Below are positions 48,152 to 58,113 of a DNA stretch of 64,000 nucleotides, piece by piece. The notes beneath the pieces are model-generated. The model saw only the letters and a list, made by a program, of their open reading frames with translations. It was not told the DNA's origin and made no database searches. The stretch's first letter is position 1; every line of letters begins with the position of its first letter. Origin of the DNA: Syntrophorhabdaceae bacterium. Lineage in GTDB: Bacteria > Desulfobacterota > Syntrophorhabdia > Syntrophorhabdales > Syntrophorhabdaceae. The DNA is taken from assembly GCA_963665295.1 (NCBI GenBank), contig OY762209.1, positions 2,752,001 to 2,816,000 of the forward strand, in the 5' to 3' direction. The position numbers and the translations under genes are program-made.

Positions 48152-49576
48152 ATGGCAAGGGTCCTGATCATAGACGATGATGAGATAATATCGGAGATGC
48201 TTTCCGACATGGTCTCTATCTGGGGACATGACGCGGCCACCGCCGGAACCCTCGAGGAAGGACTGGAGAAGGTCCGGTCGGACTCCTACGACGTGGTATT
48301 TCTCGACATAAGACTGCCGGACGGCAGCGGTCTCGACATATTGCCGAAGATCCGGGAAGCATCATCATCCCCGGAGATCATTATTATCACAGGTTTCGGT
48401 GATCCTGATGGGGCGGAACTCGCCATAAAGAACGGGGCCTGGGACTACATCGAGAAGTCTTCTTCCATAAAGGAAATGGAACTGCCCTTTGTACGGGCCA
48501 TCCAATACCGACAGGAAAAACGGTCGAAGATGCCCCCGGTGTTGTTGAAACGTGAAAACATTATAGGAAGCTCGCCCCAGATGCAGACTTGCTTTGATTT
48601 TCTGGCGCAAACGGCCAACAGTGAAGCCAACGTGCTTGTTTTCGGAGAGACCGGCACGGGCAAGGAACTTTTCGCAAGGGCTATTCACGACAATAGTTCG
48701 AGAGCGCACAAGAACTTCGTTGTCGTGGATTGCGCATCCTTCCCTGAGACCCTTGTGGAGAGCATAATTTTCGGCCACGAAAAGGGTGCGTTTACCGGGG
48801 CGGACAAGGCGCAAGACGGCTTGATCAAACAGGCCCACGGAGGAACCCTTTTCCTCGACGAAATCGGGGAGCTCCCCCTCTCGATCCAGAAGACCTTCCT
48901 CAGGGTACTTCAGGAACACCGGTTTCGCCCGGTGGGGGGCAAACACGAGATCGAAAGCAATTTCAGACTCATCTCAGCGACAAACAAGGACCTTGCCCTC
49001 ATGGTTTCAAAGGGCAGGTTCCGTGAAGACCTTTTGTTCCGCCTGCGCACCCTCAGTGTCGAATTGCCTCCCCTAAGGACCCACCAGGGGGACATCAAAG
49101 AACTGGCCATCTATTACGTAACAAGGATCTGTGAGCGTTACGGGGTCGGGATAAAGGGTTTTTCCTCGGATTTCCTGGAGGCCCTCATGGCCTACGAATG
49201 GCCGGGGAACGTGCGGGAACTGGTGAATGCCCTTGAAAGGGCAATATCCGCGGCGTTCCATGAGCCCACCCTGTTCCCCAAACACCTTCCCACGGAAATA
49301 AGGGTTCAGGTGGCGCGGGCCTCGGTATTCAAGGAGAACCCGGGACCGGGGAGCGAAGTGAAACCCGTCGATTCCCGTCCGACCCTTGAACCGTTAAGGG
49401 AATACAGGGACGCAGCCATTGCGAAGGCGGAGAAATCCTATCTGGAAGACTTGATACGCCTGACCGCGGGCAATATTAAGGAAGCCTGCCACATGTCGGG
49501 CCTATCGAGGCCACGTTTGTACGCCCTCCTGAAGCAGTATAATATCCGGACAGTAAGACACGAAATAGAAGAGTAG
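48152..49576 (+). CDS. Sigma54-dependent response regulator (NtrC family, REC-AAA+-Fis HTH)
   Basis: [13 protein letters not shown] receiver; [41 protein letters not shown]-terminal HTH. Confidence 0.95.
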   Translation: MARVLIIDDDEIISEMLSDMVSIWGHDAATAGTLEEGLEKVRSDSYDVVFLDIRLPDGSGLDILPKIREASSSPEIIIITGFGDPDGAELAIKNGAWDYIEKSSSIKEMELPFVRAIQYRQEKRSKMPPVLLKRENIIGSSPQMQTCFDFLAQTANSEANVLVFGETGTGKELFARAIHDNSSRAHKNFVVVDCASFPETLVESIIFGHEKGAFTGADKAQDGLIKQAHGGTLFLDEIGELPLSIQKTFLRVLQEHRFRPVGGKHEIESNFRLISATNKDLALMVSKGRFREDLLFRLRTLSVELPPLRTHQGDIKELAIYYVTRICERYGVGIKGFSSDFLEALMAYEWPGNVRELVNALERAISAAFHEPTLFPKHLPTEIRVQVARASVFKENPGPGSEVKPVDSRPTLEPLREYRDAAIAKAEKSYLEDLIRLTAGNIKEACHMSGLSRPRLYALLKQYNIRTVRHEIEE

Positions 49577-49627
49577 AGATAATCCCGGCATTCTCCCCCC
49601 TTTTTTCGGCCGGAGAGATGGCGGATC

Positions 49628-49798
49628 GTCTCATAGGGAAAGACAGAAAGTCTTGTGTAACGAGAATTATGTCTTGCATAACAAGACAGTGAGCCTTTTC
49701 CTTTATACCATGGATGCCGGGGTTTCCCTGAAAAATGCGCCCTGAAGGCCCTCTCACGGGGTCCTGTTCCCTCCCTTATCTCTGGCACATATATTGAA
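49628..49798 (+). promoter_or_regulatory. Sigma54 promoter with three upstream palindromic activator-site candidates
   Basis: TGGCAC-atata-TTGA at 49783-49797; GTCT-N9-AGA(C) units at 49628, 49650 and 49671. Confidence 0.7.
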
Positions 49799-49820
49799 TG
49801 TTCTTCCGTGGAACGAAGAC

Positions 49821-50267
49821 ATGTTGACCAAAACCCCTAATGGACTCTGGAGAGAGGAACGGCCCGGCGCAGGAAACAGACTCAACGTCATCCTTTATGT
49901 GCGGGACTCGGATATTCTGAAAGCGATTGAGGAAGCGTTTTCCAGAGTGATACCCGCTGTCCGGATAGAGTTCTGCCGGACTATAGAGACATTTGTGGAG
50001 AGTCTCCGGAAGCTTGCCTACGACCGCACTGTCGCGGTGATTGTAGTTACCGACAGGAGCGACCTCGAGAATATCACTTCACTCCAGCGGTTCTTGCTGA
50101 CCTTACGCACCATACTTGTGCTCCCCGACGGCGATGACCAGATGGTCGCCATGGCGCATAGTCTGAGACCGCGGTTTGTCAGCCACCATGAGGACGATTT
50201 TACGAATGTAGTTGCCGTTTTGAATAAAATGCTCGCTGAACTCAATTCAAAACCACGTATGGAATAA
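49821..50267 (+). CDS. Hypothetical protein, possible degenerate receiver-like fold
   Basis: Alternating beta/alpha pattern (VILYV, IEFC, VAVIVV, TILVLP, RPRFV) without a canonical DD/D/K set; start uncertain. Confidence 0.6.
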   Translation: MLTKTPNGLWREERPGAGNRLNVILYVRDSDILKAIEEAFSRVIPAVRIEFCRTIETFVESLRKLAYDRTVAVIVVTDRSDLENITSLQRFLLTLRTILVLPDGDDQMVAMAHSLRPRFVSHHEDDFTNVVAVLNKMLAELNSKPRME

Positions 50268-50280
50268 GGAGGTTTCGATT

Positions 50281-50562
50281 ATGGATGCTCTTCATCAGGG
50301 ACAAAACGTGCCGGAAACGCAGTGGGTTGTCGATCGAAACAATGGTATGCCGATTCTGGACCGGTCCTCTTACGGTCAGCCGGATGTAAAGCTCATGGAT
50401 AACCTGCATACCATCCTGACCCTTTCCCTGGTATTTTTTGAGAAAATTGTGAAACCCTTCGACGACCGGACCGGTATGTCTCCCTTCAATGAAGACGAAG
50501 GCGACTGCGGGGAGCGTTCGTGGGGCCCATTGAGCAACGCGGAAAGGATCCGGATTACGTGA
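50281..50562 (+). CDS. Hypothetical protein (93 aa)
   Basis: TAAGGAGG RBS directly after the previous stop; no motif recognised. Confidence 0.5.
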   Translation: MDALHQGQNVPETQWVVDRNNGMPILDRSSYGQPDVKLMDNLHTILTLSLVFFEKIVKPFDDRTGMSPFNEDEGDCGERSWGPLSNAERIRIT

Positions 50563-50702
50563 GGAAGGCCCTCCTGGCGCCTTTAGCCCGGAGTTGGGGG
50601 AGTCCCGTGGGCCACAGGTTGCCATGTGCGGCCGGGATACCCGGGGAGACGGACCCTGCTTTTTTGATTACACAAGTCGGACAAAACTGAGAAGGAGGAA
50701 GG

Positions 50703-51656
50703 ATGAGCGCACCTCAGACGAGCGAAACCCAATGGAAATACCCCGGAGAAGCAATAGGAAACCGGCTCAGCCGGTGGAGCGGGCGGGAGTTGACGGAGGG
50801 ACGGCAGGGAGGGCTCAAGATGGTTGGCGCGTACACGCCTGCCAATCTTCATCATGTAAAGGAAATGGTGGGTGTAGTTGAATTTGCTTCGGACGTGGCG
50901 CACCACTTCAATAACATTCTGGCTATAGTATCGGGTTACGGAGGCCTCCTGAAGGTAAAGATGTCCAAAGACGACCCCTCCCTGACCTACGTGGAGAAGA
51001 TGCTCGCCTCGTCGCAGAAGGCGCAGGATGTGATCCGCAGCCTTTTCGTGTTTTCGGGAAACGAGCGGATCATATTAAGAGAAATGGACCTGAACAAGGT
51101 AATCAAGCGAGCTACGAGGTTCCTTGAGTCCGGTGAATCCGGGCCGGAGAAGAAGGTGGAAATGAGGCTGGAGCTCCACGAGGGCGAGTTGATCGTTATG
51201 GCCGATGTTGTCCGGATGGAGGAAGTTCTTGCAAATCTGATAGGTAACGCACGGGACGCCATGCCTAGTGGCGGGATAGTGACTTTGCGCACCGAACCGA
51301 TGACTTTGGGCCACGCCGGGAGCGGCGGATCCCGCTTCGCGAGCATCACCGTGACGGATACGGGTTCGGGCATGGATAAAGAAACCAGGGAAAGGATGTT
51401 CGATCCCTTTTTCACCACAAAAGGGCCTGGGAGGAATATCGGACTCGGCCTTTCCAAGGTGTATGGCATCGTGAAGGCCCATTCAGGTGAAATGACCGTT
51501 GAAAGCGCGCCGGGAGAAGGGACTTCGGTAAGGATCCGCGTACCCCTCGTACGAAGCGAGGCCAGGCTCATGGACCCCATACCGCTTCCTGACTCGATTG
51601 TGGCGGGAAGGCTGCACCTTTGCAGCTCATATATAGGTGAGACCATATGTGAGTGA
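50703..51656 (+). CDS. Histidine kinase-like protein (HisKA-HATPase) without sensor or receiver domain
   Basis: DVAHHFNNIL, NARDAM, DTGSGM, FDPFFTTK, GLGLS; AGGAGG RBS. Confidence 0.85.
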   Translation: MSAPQTSETQWKYPGEAIGNRLSRWSGRELTEGRQGGLKMVGAYTPANLHHVKEMVGVVEFASDVAHHFNNILAIVSGYGGLLKVKMSKDDPSLTYVEKMLASSQKAQDVIRSLFVFSGNERIILREMDLNKVIKRATRFLESGESGPEKKVEMRLELHEGELIVMADVVRMEEVLANLIGNARDAMPSGGIVTLRTEPMTLGHAGSGGSRFASITVTDTGSGMDKETRERMFDPFFTTKGPGRNIGLGLSKVYGIVKAHSGEMTVESAPGEGTSVRIRVPLVRSEARLMDPIPLPDSIVAGRLHLCSSYIGETICE

Positions 51657-51806
51657 GCCTCCATAGAGAGACGAGATTTTAACTCCCCCTCACCCCTCCC
51701 TTCGGCGCAAGCTCCCCTGTCCCTTGTTCTCCTTGCTCTCCAAGGAGGACATTGGACAGGGGTGGGAGGGGTCCCCCCCCAAAGAATAGGAAGCGGGAGC
51801 GGCTAT

Positions 51807-52151
51807 ATGGTAAAGATCAAAAGGGTTTACGAAAAGCCAAGCGAAGATGACGGCCGGAGGTTCCTGGTTGACAGGCTCTGGCCGCGAGGTCTCACAAAAG
51901 AAGAACTGGGTGCGGTTTTGTGGTTGAAAGACCTCGCTCCAAGCAATGAACTGCGCAGGCAGTTCCATCACGAGCCTGAAAGATGGGAAGAATTCCGAAA
52001 AAGGTATCTTGAGGAATTGGAAGGCAGGAAAGAGCTTGTAAGAAGGATCATTGAGGAAGCAGGGTCCGGGAATGTGACCCTCCTCTATGCGGCAAAGGAT
52101 ACATCCCACAATAATGCAGTGGTGCTCAAGGAGTTTATTTCCTATCTTTGA
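51807..52151 (+). CDS. DUF488 (YeaO-like) protein
   Basis: IKRVYE, DGRRFLVDRLWPRG, WLKDLAPSNELR, HNNAVVL. Confidence 0.92.
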   Translation: MVKIKRVYEKPSEDDGRRFLVDRLWPRGLTKEELGAVLWLKDLAPSNELRRQFHHEPERWEEFRKRYLEELEGRKELVRRIIEEAGSGNVTLLYAAKDTSHNNAVVLKEFISYL

Positions 52152-53656
52152 TTGCGCCGCTGTTTCAGCAATCCCGTCGTAATAGCCCCTGCGAGCAGAA
52201 GAAGCATGACGAACACGAAATAGTCGCCGTGACGGACGTAGAATGTGGTCGTGTCCTTGAGGGCGAAGCCGCCGGTCAGAACCGCGGGCTGGAAGATGGC
52301 AGTCTTGCCGCGGACACGCCCCGAAGAGTCTATTATGGCGCTTATTCCCGTATTTGCCGAGCGGAGCACCCACCTGTCAGACTCTATGGCCCTGAATATG
52401 TAAAAGGCGAAGTGTTGATACGGGGCCGAGGTCCGGTCATACCAGGCGTCATTGGTGATGTTGACAAGGACCTGGGCACCTCTTCTCACCTCTTCGTTCG
52501 TAATGCCGGGGAATACGCCTTCATAGCAGATCAGCACGCCTATGTTGCCCATGCCGGTCCGTATGGGCGCAGGCGACTGTCCGGGAAAGAACTCTCCGAT
52601 CTGGACGCTCAGCCTTTCAAGGAAGGGGAGATACGCGCGAAGCGGAGTGTATTCGCCGAAGGGGACGAGATGGGTCTTGCTGTATCCTCCCTCTTCATGG
52701 CCGTGAGGGCCGAGTACATATGCCGAGTTCCTGAATTTGCCCATAGTGTCTCGCGATATGGTGCCGAAAAGGAGGTAGGACCCTGTGAGAGACGGCAGGG
52801 CCCGGATATACCGGCGTACATGTTCCTCCTGGTCGAAGATCAGGGGCATCGCTGTTTCGGGCCACACTACGAGGTTGGAACCCTTCGTCGAGTCCATGGT
52901 GGCCTGATAATAGGTATTGATGATCTTCAATTTGAAGGCTTCGTCCCATTTCATGTCCTGCGTGATATTCCCCTGTACGATAGCGGCCTTCAACGGGCCC
53001 GGTTCCAGGGTACGGAGCTTTATAAATCCATATGTCAGGGAGAGGGCCAGCAATGCGCATATGATGCCTGCATACACGAAAGAGACCCTTTTCCTTTTTA
53101 GGAGCATGAATAACAAACCGTTTACCGCTACTATGAGAAAGGAGATGAAATAAGCGCCTGTAAACGATATGACCTGGATGAAAGGAAGAAAGTTGTATTG
53201 GGAGTGAGAGAGGTAGCTCCACGGAAACCCTGTGAGGAGTGTGCCCCGCAGATATTCGACCAACACCCAGACAGGGGGCGCCGTGATGTAGAAAGGAAGG
53301 GAAAACCTCTTTTCGCAATACGAGACTACAAGGGTGAAACACCCCGTATAGACGGCCATATAGACGACGAGGAGCATAAGTATGAGGAAACTGAGATATA
53401 TGTTGATGCCCCCGTATTTATGCACCGCCACGATGACCCAGTAAAGAAGTCCCAGGAACGAAACGACCCCTGTCACCCATCCCCTGAAGAAGCTTTCCCG
53501 GAGCCCCGCCTTTTCCAGGGAGTAGAAAAGGGGGATGAAGGCAAAGAAGGCAAGAAAAGAGAGGGATACGGGCGGCTGGATAAGGACGAGCAGGACGCCG
53601 GAAAGGATGGCCGGGCTAAAGGGTGATTTCTTTATAGATTGGATGGGATCTGACAT
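52142..53656 (-). CDS. lnt: Apolipoprotein N-acyltransferase
   Basis: TGFPW, VQGNI, WPETA, KTHLVPFGEY, ICYE, TNDAWY, RSANTGIS. Confidence 0.95.
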   Translation of the reverse strand: MSDPIQSIKKSPFSPAILSGVLLVLIQPPVSLSFLAFFAFIPLFYSLEKAGLRESFFRGWVTGVVSFLGLLYWVIVAVHKYGGINIYLSFLILMLLVVYMAVYTGCFTLVVSYCEKRFSLPFYITAPPVWVLVEYLRGTLLTGFPWSYLSHSQYNFLPFIQVISFTGAYFISFLIVAVNGLLFMLLKRKRVSFVYAGIICALLALSLTYGFIKLRTLEPGPLKAAIVQGNITQDMKWDEAFKLKIINTYYQATMDSTKGSNLVVWPETAMPLIFDQEEHVRRYIRALPSLTGSYLLFGTISRDTMGKFRNSAYVLGPHGHEEGGYSKTHLVPFGEYTPLRAYLPFLERLSVQIGEFFPGQSPAPIRTGMGNIGVLICYEGVFPGITNEEVRRGAQVLVNITNDAWYDRTSAPYQHFAFYIFRAIESDRWVLRSANTGISAIIDSSGRVRGKTAIFQPAVLTGGFALKDTTTFYVRHGDYFVFVMLLLLAGAITTGLLKQRRNQR

Positions 53657-54110
53657 AACCGAGGAGCTTCTTTTCCCTGTACCTCATCCTCCTGCTTTCA
53701 TTACCGCCAAGTTCATGGTCGAAACCGAGTATGTGAAGCAAGCCATGGATAATCAGGGCGAACACCCTCTCGTAGAATGGGATGTCCGCGGATTCGGCCT
53801 CTTCCCGGGCTCTCTCGAGAGAGATTACAATATCACCAATCATTTCACAAGGAAATTCCTGCCTTCCCGCAGACTGGGCGGCGCCTTCTTCGGGTTCGGG
53901 CTCAAGGTACGAGAAGGATATGACATTTGTAGGCCAATCCCTGTCGAAGAACTTCTTGTTCAGCTTCCGTATCTGCCTGTTGTCCACAAAGAGGATGCTG
54001 ACGTCCCTACCCGGTAGCTTTAAAGACGTGAGCAGGTTTTCCGTTATCTTTCGTATTCGCCTTTTGTCCACCTTCAACGATTTTTGGGAATCTTTTATCA
54101 GAGCTGTCAT
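53616..54110 (-). CDS. ybeY: rRNA maturation RNase YbeY
   Basis: PTNVISF, GDIVIS, HGLLHILGFDH. Confidence 0.95.
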   Translation of the reverse strand: MTALIKDSQKSLKVDKRRIRKITENLLTSLKLPGRDVSILFVDNRQIRKLNKKFFDRDWPTNVISFSYLEPEPEEGAAQSAGRQEFPCEMIGDIVISLERAREEAESADIPFYERVFALIIHGLLHILGFDHELGGNESRRMRYREKKLLGYVRSHPIYKEITL

Positions 54111-55722
54111 GGGTTATCCTTTCAGGGTATTGTATCCTGTGGTGGAATGTGCCTATCAGGATCGCGATGAAACTTTTCCGTATGGCATGAAGGTCCTTGA
54201 GGGTGAGTTCACATTCGTCGAGTTGTCCGTCAAGGAAGATGCGCTCTATGATGTTCTGCACGTGGGTCTCAATCCGTTTCGGCGTGGGCTCGTCGAGTAT
54301 TCTTGAGGCTGCCTCCACCGCGTCGGCAAGCATCAATATACCTGCTTCCTTCGTCTGAGGTTTCGGTCCTGCGTACCGGAACTCCTTTTCATCCACGAGG
54401 AAAAGCTTCGGGTCTTCCAGTTCCTTTGCCCTGTTGAAAAAATAACTGACAAGGCTTGTCCCGTGGTGCTGTTGTATCATGTCGGTGATCTTTTGCCCGA
54501 GTTTGTGTCTTTCCGCAAGCTCCATTCCTTCTTTCACGTGGGAGAGGATGATGAGGGCGCTCATATGGGGGGTAAGGGATTTGTGGGCGTCTTCAAAATC
54601 GGTCCTGTTTTCGATGAAATAATGGGGCATCTTGAGTTTCCCTATGTCGTGGTAGTACGCGGACACCCGTGTGAGGAGAGGGTGGGCCCCGATACTCTCC
54701 GCAGCCGCCTTGCCGAGGTTGCCCACGATAATGCTGTGGTGATATGTGCCCGGAGCTTCGAGCATCATGGCTTCAAGGAGAGGGTGCTCCAGGTTCGCGA
54801 GTTCGAGGAGTTTTATGTCCGTCGTGTAGCCAAAGAGATATTCTATGACGGGGAGGAGCCCGAGGGCGATGAAGCTGCTGCCTATGCCGGAGAGGAGAAT
54901 GAGGGCTATCTTGGCCGGGATATTGCCTGAAGGTTCGCCGAGCAGCACATGGTAGAGGACCATTATGAAACCCATGAAGAAGGCGGTGAAGATTCCTGCT
55001 TTGAGTATGGTATTCCTGTCCTCGCATTTGCCGGAGAAATGAGAGGCGAGGATATTCGCGAGAAAGGTATAGAGAAATACCTGCAGGCTGTTCTGGAAGG
55101 CAAACCCCATGGCGATGCCGAAAACAAGGGAGAAGGTGATCGCTGCCTCCGAAAAGAGAACGACCCGCATAATGATCCCGAACAGAAAGATAGGCACCAC
55201 GTAAAAGAGGTCCGCAATGTTATCCCGGGCAAAGTGACCGAAAATAAGGAAAGAACTCTTTACGAAGGCGACGGTGAACACGGTGAGGACAGCGCCGAAA
55301 ATAAGGTCTTTTCGGGACAGGGAGAATTTTTTGATATTCTTCTCTCCGTACTGGTAAATCACCGTTATGGACAAAAAGAGGATCGCGAAGATGGAAAGGA
55401 ACTTCCGTATATCGAGGGCCTCCCCTTTTTCGATCTGTTTCAGGACGGAAAGTATCCGCAGTTGGGAGTCGCTTATCCGTTCCCCCTCCCTCACGATGAT
55501 TTCCCCCTTCTTGATTACCGTGTCGGTGCCGGGGACACGGAACTGCTGGGGAGATTTTACATTTTCTCTTGCAATGTCGCCATCCTGGTACTCGGTGATG
55601 ACGAAGGGATACGTGACGTGGATGATCAGAGTGAGAGACAAGGCAAAGAGCAGGAGAATCAGCACCCTCTTCCAGTCGGGATACGACGGAGGTTTGTCCT
55701 TCTTGTCCTTAACGCCCTGCAT
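54007..55722 (-). CDS. 7TM-HD membrane phosphohydrolase (PgpH/YqfF-like)
   Basis: Multi-TM block then LLELAN, APGTYHHS, YYHDIGK, QHHGT, LADAVEAA. Confidence 0.9.
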   Translation of the reverse strand: MQGVKDKKDKPPSYPDWKRVLILLLFALSLTLIIHVTYPFVITEYQDGDIARENVKSPQQFRVPGTDTVIKKGEIIVREGERISDSQLRILSVLKQIEKGEALDIRKFLSIFAILFLSITVIYQYGEKNIKKFSLSRKDLIFGAVLTVFTVAFVKSSFLIFGHFARDNIADLFYVVPIFLFGIIMRVVLFSEAAITFSLVFGIAMGFAFQNSLQVFLYTFLANILASHFSGKCEDRNTILKAGIFTAFFMGFIMVLYHVLLGEPSGNIPAKIALILLSGIGSSFIALGLLPVIEYLFGYTTDIKLLELANLEHPLLEAMMLEAPGTYHHSIIVGNLGKAAAESIGAHPLLTRVSAYYHDIGKLKMPHYFIENRTDFEDAHKSLTPHMSALIILSHVKEGMELAERHKLGQKITDMIQQHHGTSLVSYFFNRAKELEDPKLFLVDEKEFRYAGPKPQTKEAGILMLADAVEAASRILDEPTPKRIETHVQNIIERIFLDGQLDECELTLKDLHAIRKSFIAILIGTFHHRIQYPERITHDSSDKRFPKIVEGGQKANTKDNGKPAHVFKATG

Positions 55723-56707
55723 TTTTCTTTTCCCCCTCAGTCTGCGCCTTCTTCTCGTAGGCCTTGATAATCTTTTGAACGAGGGGATGTCTGACTATGT
55801 CCGTCCCCGTAAAATTGACGAACTTGATGCCCTTTATCCCTTTGAGGACAGTCTGAATCTCTACGAGGCCGCTCGATCTCTTGTCGGGGAGGTCGATCTG
55901 GGTGACATCGCCCGTAATAACCGTGCGTGACGAGAAACCGAGCCTGGTAAGGAACATCTTCATCTGCTCCGACGCGGTGTTCTGGGCTTCGTCCAATATG
56001 ACGAATGCGTCGTTCAAGGTCCTGCCGCGCATAAAGGCCAGGGGTGCTATCTCGATAACGCCTTTCTCCAGCAGGCGGGAGGCCCTTTCCATATCGACCA
56101 TGTCGTAGAGCGCGTCATAGAGCGGTCTCAGGTAAGGGTTTACCTTGTCATAGAGGGTCCCGGGCAGGTAGCCCAGCTTCTCTCCTGCCTCGATGGCGGG
56201 CCTTGTGAGGATGATTCGCGATACCTCTTTCCTGTAATATGATGAGAGGGCCATGGCCATGGCAAGGTATGTCTTGCCGGTCCCCGCAGGGCCGATGCCG
56301 ATTACCATGTCATGGGTCCTGATGGCCTCCAGGTATGCTTTCTGGTTGCTTGTCTTCGGGGTTATCAGCTTTTTGGAGGGAAATATATAGACCTGGTCCT
56401 TGTAAAGCTCATCTGCGGCGCCGTGGGTGTGGGCGATATAACGCACGGCATGGTCTATATCGGCGGGATTCACGATAAAGCCCTTTTTGATGATGCCCTG
56501 GAGTTCGCCGATAACCTTGTTCGTATTTTCGACTTCCTTCTTCTCTCCGATTATGGTGAGGTGGTTCCCTCTTATGCTTGTCTTGACATTGAAGTACTTC
56601 TTCAGATACTTAATGTTTTCGTCCCGGGGACCAAATAGGTTGCGTGCTACGTTTGTATCATCAAAGGACAGTTTGATGAGCCCTTCTTCATTCCTTCTTT
56701 CTTCCAA
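55709..56707 (-). CDS. phoH: PhoH-family ATPase
   Basis: GPAGTGKTYLA, LTRPAIEAGE, PLAFMRGRT, LDEAQN, GDVTQIDLP, VRHPLV. Confidence 0.95.
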   Translation of the reverse strand: MEERRNEEGLIKLSFDDTNVARNLFGPRDENIKYLKKYFNVKTSIRGNHLTIIGEKKEVENTNKVIGELQGIIKKGFIVNPADIDHAVRYIAHTHGAADELYKDQVYIFPSKKLITPKTSNQKAYLEAIRTHDMVIGIGPAGTGKTYLAMAMALSSYYRKEVSRIILTRPAIEAGEKLGYLPGTLYDKVNPYLRPLYDALYDMVDMERASRLLEKGVIEIAPLAFMRGRTLNDAFVILDEAQNTASEQMKMFLTRLGFSSRTVITGDVTQIDLPDKRSSGLVEIQTVLKGIKGIKFVNFTGTDIVRHPLVQKIIKAYEKKAQTEGEKKNAGR

Positions 56708-56856
56708 TAAAAGCCTTGCCGACCTCCTTAGGGGGGATTTTCATTCTGGTAGGATATTATATCATAATATTCAGTTTTGCAAGGGTTATCCCATAGCGTG
56801 GCCCTGGCGCGGGAAACGATTGTAAAACCAAATTATTTCAAGTAGACTATTAACAC

Positions 56857-58101
56857 ATGCGTAAAGTCCTTATCATAGACGATGAAAAGAACATACTCGA
56901 AAGCCTTTCCTCGATCCTCGGTGACGAAGGTTTTCAGGTACTGAAGGCGATCGACGGCCACGAGGGGCTTTCCATATTCGAAAAGGAGAAGCCCGGAGTG
57001 GTGCTTCTCGATATATGGATGCCCGAGATGGACGGACTGCAGGTGTTGAAGTTGATCCGCGAGAAGGACAAAGACGCCGTCGTGATCGTAATGTCGGGAC
57101 ATGGGACCATCTCCACGGCGGTTGAGGCGGTAAAGATGGGCGCCTATGATTTCCTCGAAAAACCTCTTTCCATAGACAAGGTGCTGGAAGTGATAGTGAG
57201 AAGCCTGGCCGGGGAAGCCCAGGAGAAGGGCCCGGTGGAGGATGTGAAAATCCAGATATCGAAGGGTGACAATATCCGCACTCAAAAGACCATAGGTAAG
57301 AGCATCGTCGTCTATGGCATGGGTCTCTTTTCCGGGGTAAAGACGGGTATGATACTGCTTCCCATGCCTGAAGACTCAGGCATCGTCTTTGAACATATCC
57401 CCGATGGCGAGCGTATTCCTGCCTATATCGATTACGTGTACTCCGTGGGCTACTCTTCATCCGTTAAAGGGAAGACCTGCATCGTGAGGACGATCGAGCA
57501 TCTGCTCGCCACGTTCCACATGTACGGTATTACCAATCTTCTCGTAAAGGTGAGCGAGGAGATACCCATTTTCGATGGTTCCGCAATAGAGATATGCAGC
57601 AAGATAGAGGAAGCGGGTGTGGTGGAGCAAAAAGAGGGGGTTGAACCTTTGAGGATTCGGGAAAAGGTGGTCCTCTCAAGCCTGAACGACTCCCAATACC
57701 TCTTTATAGAACCCTCCGACGTGTTCGAGATAGATTACGTCCTGGAACACCCGAAGCCGGTAGGCAGCCAGAGATACCATTTCAAGGGCGGCAAGGCCGC
57801 GTTCCTGAAGGAGGTTGCTCCTGCGAGAACCTTCGGTTCCATCAGGGATTTCGAGCGTCTTGCGAAAATAGGGCAGGGCGGCAGGATCGACAACGTGATG
57901 ACCAATGTGATAATCCTGAGCGATGAAGGAGTGGTAAACACCACGCTACGGTTTCCGGATGAGTTTGTCCGGCACAAGATACTTGATATCATCGGAGACA
58001 CATACCTCCTCAACCGGCCCATTATCGGAAAGATATCGGCCAGGCAGACCGGGCACATCGAAAATATCGCCCTCATGAAGGAACTCAAGAAGCGCTTCTA
58101 G
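56857..58101 (+). CDS. lpxC: Receiver domain fused to UDP-3-O-acyl-GlcNAc deacetylase LpxC
   Basis: Residues ~1-116 form a receiver (IIDDE, LLDIWMP, SGHG, FLEKP); then QKTI..GMGLFSG, TIEHLL, EIPIFDGS, APARTFG, DEFVRHKILDIIGD, TGH. Confidence 0.9.
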   Translation: MRKVLIIDDEKNILESLSSILGDEGFQVLKAIDGHEGLSIFEKEKPGVVLLDIWMPEMDGLQVLKLIREKDKDAVVIVMSGHGTISTAVEAVKMGAYDFLEKPLSIDKVLEVIVRSLAGEAQEKGPVEDVKIQISKGDNIRTQKTIGKSIVVYGMGLFSGVKTGMILLPMPEDSGIVFEHIPDGERIPAYIDYVYSVGYSSSVKGKTCIVRTIEHLLATFHMYGITNLLVKVSEEIPIFDGSAIEICSKIEEAGVVEQKEGVEPLRIREKVVLSSLNDSQYLFIEPSDVFEIDYVLEHPKPVGSQRYHFKGGKAAFLKEVAPARTFGSIRDFERLAKIGQGGRIDNVMTNVIILSDEGVVNTTLRFPDEFVRHKILDIIGDTYLLNRPIIGKISARQTGHIENIALMKELKKRF

Positions 58102-58113
58102 AAAAGTGGTATA

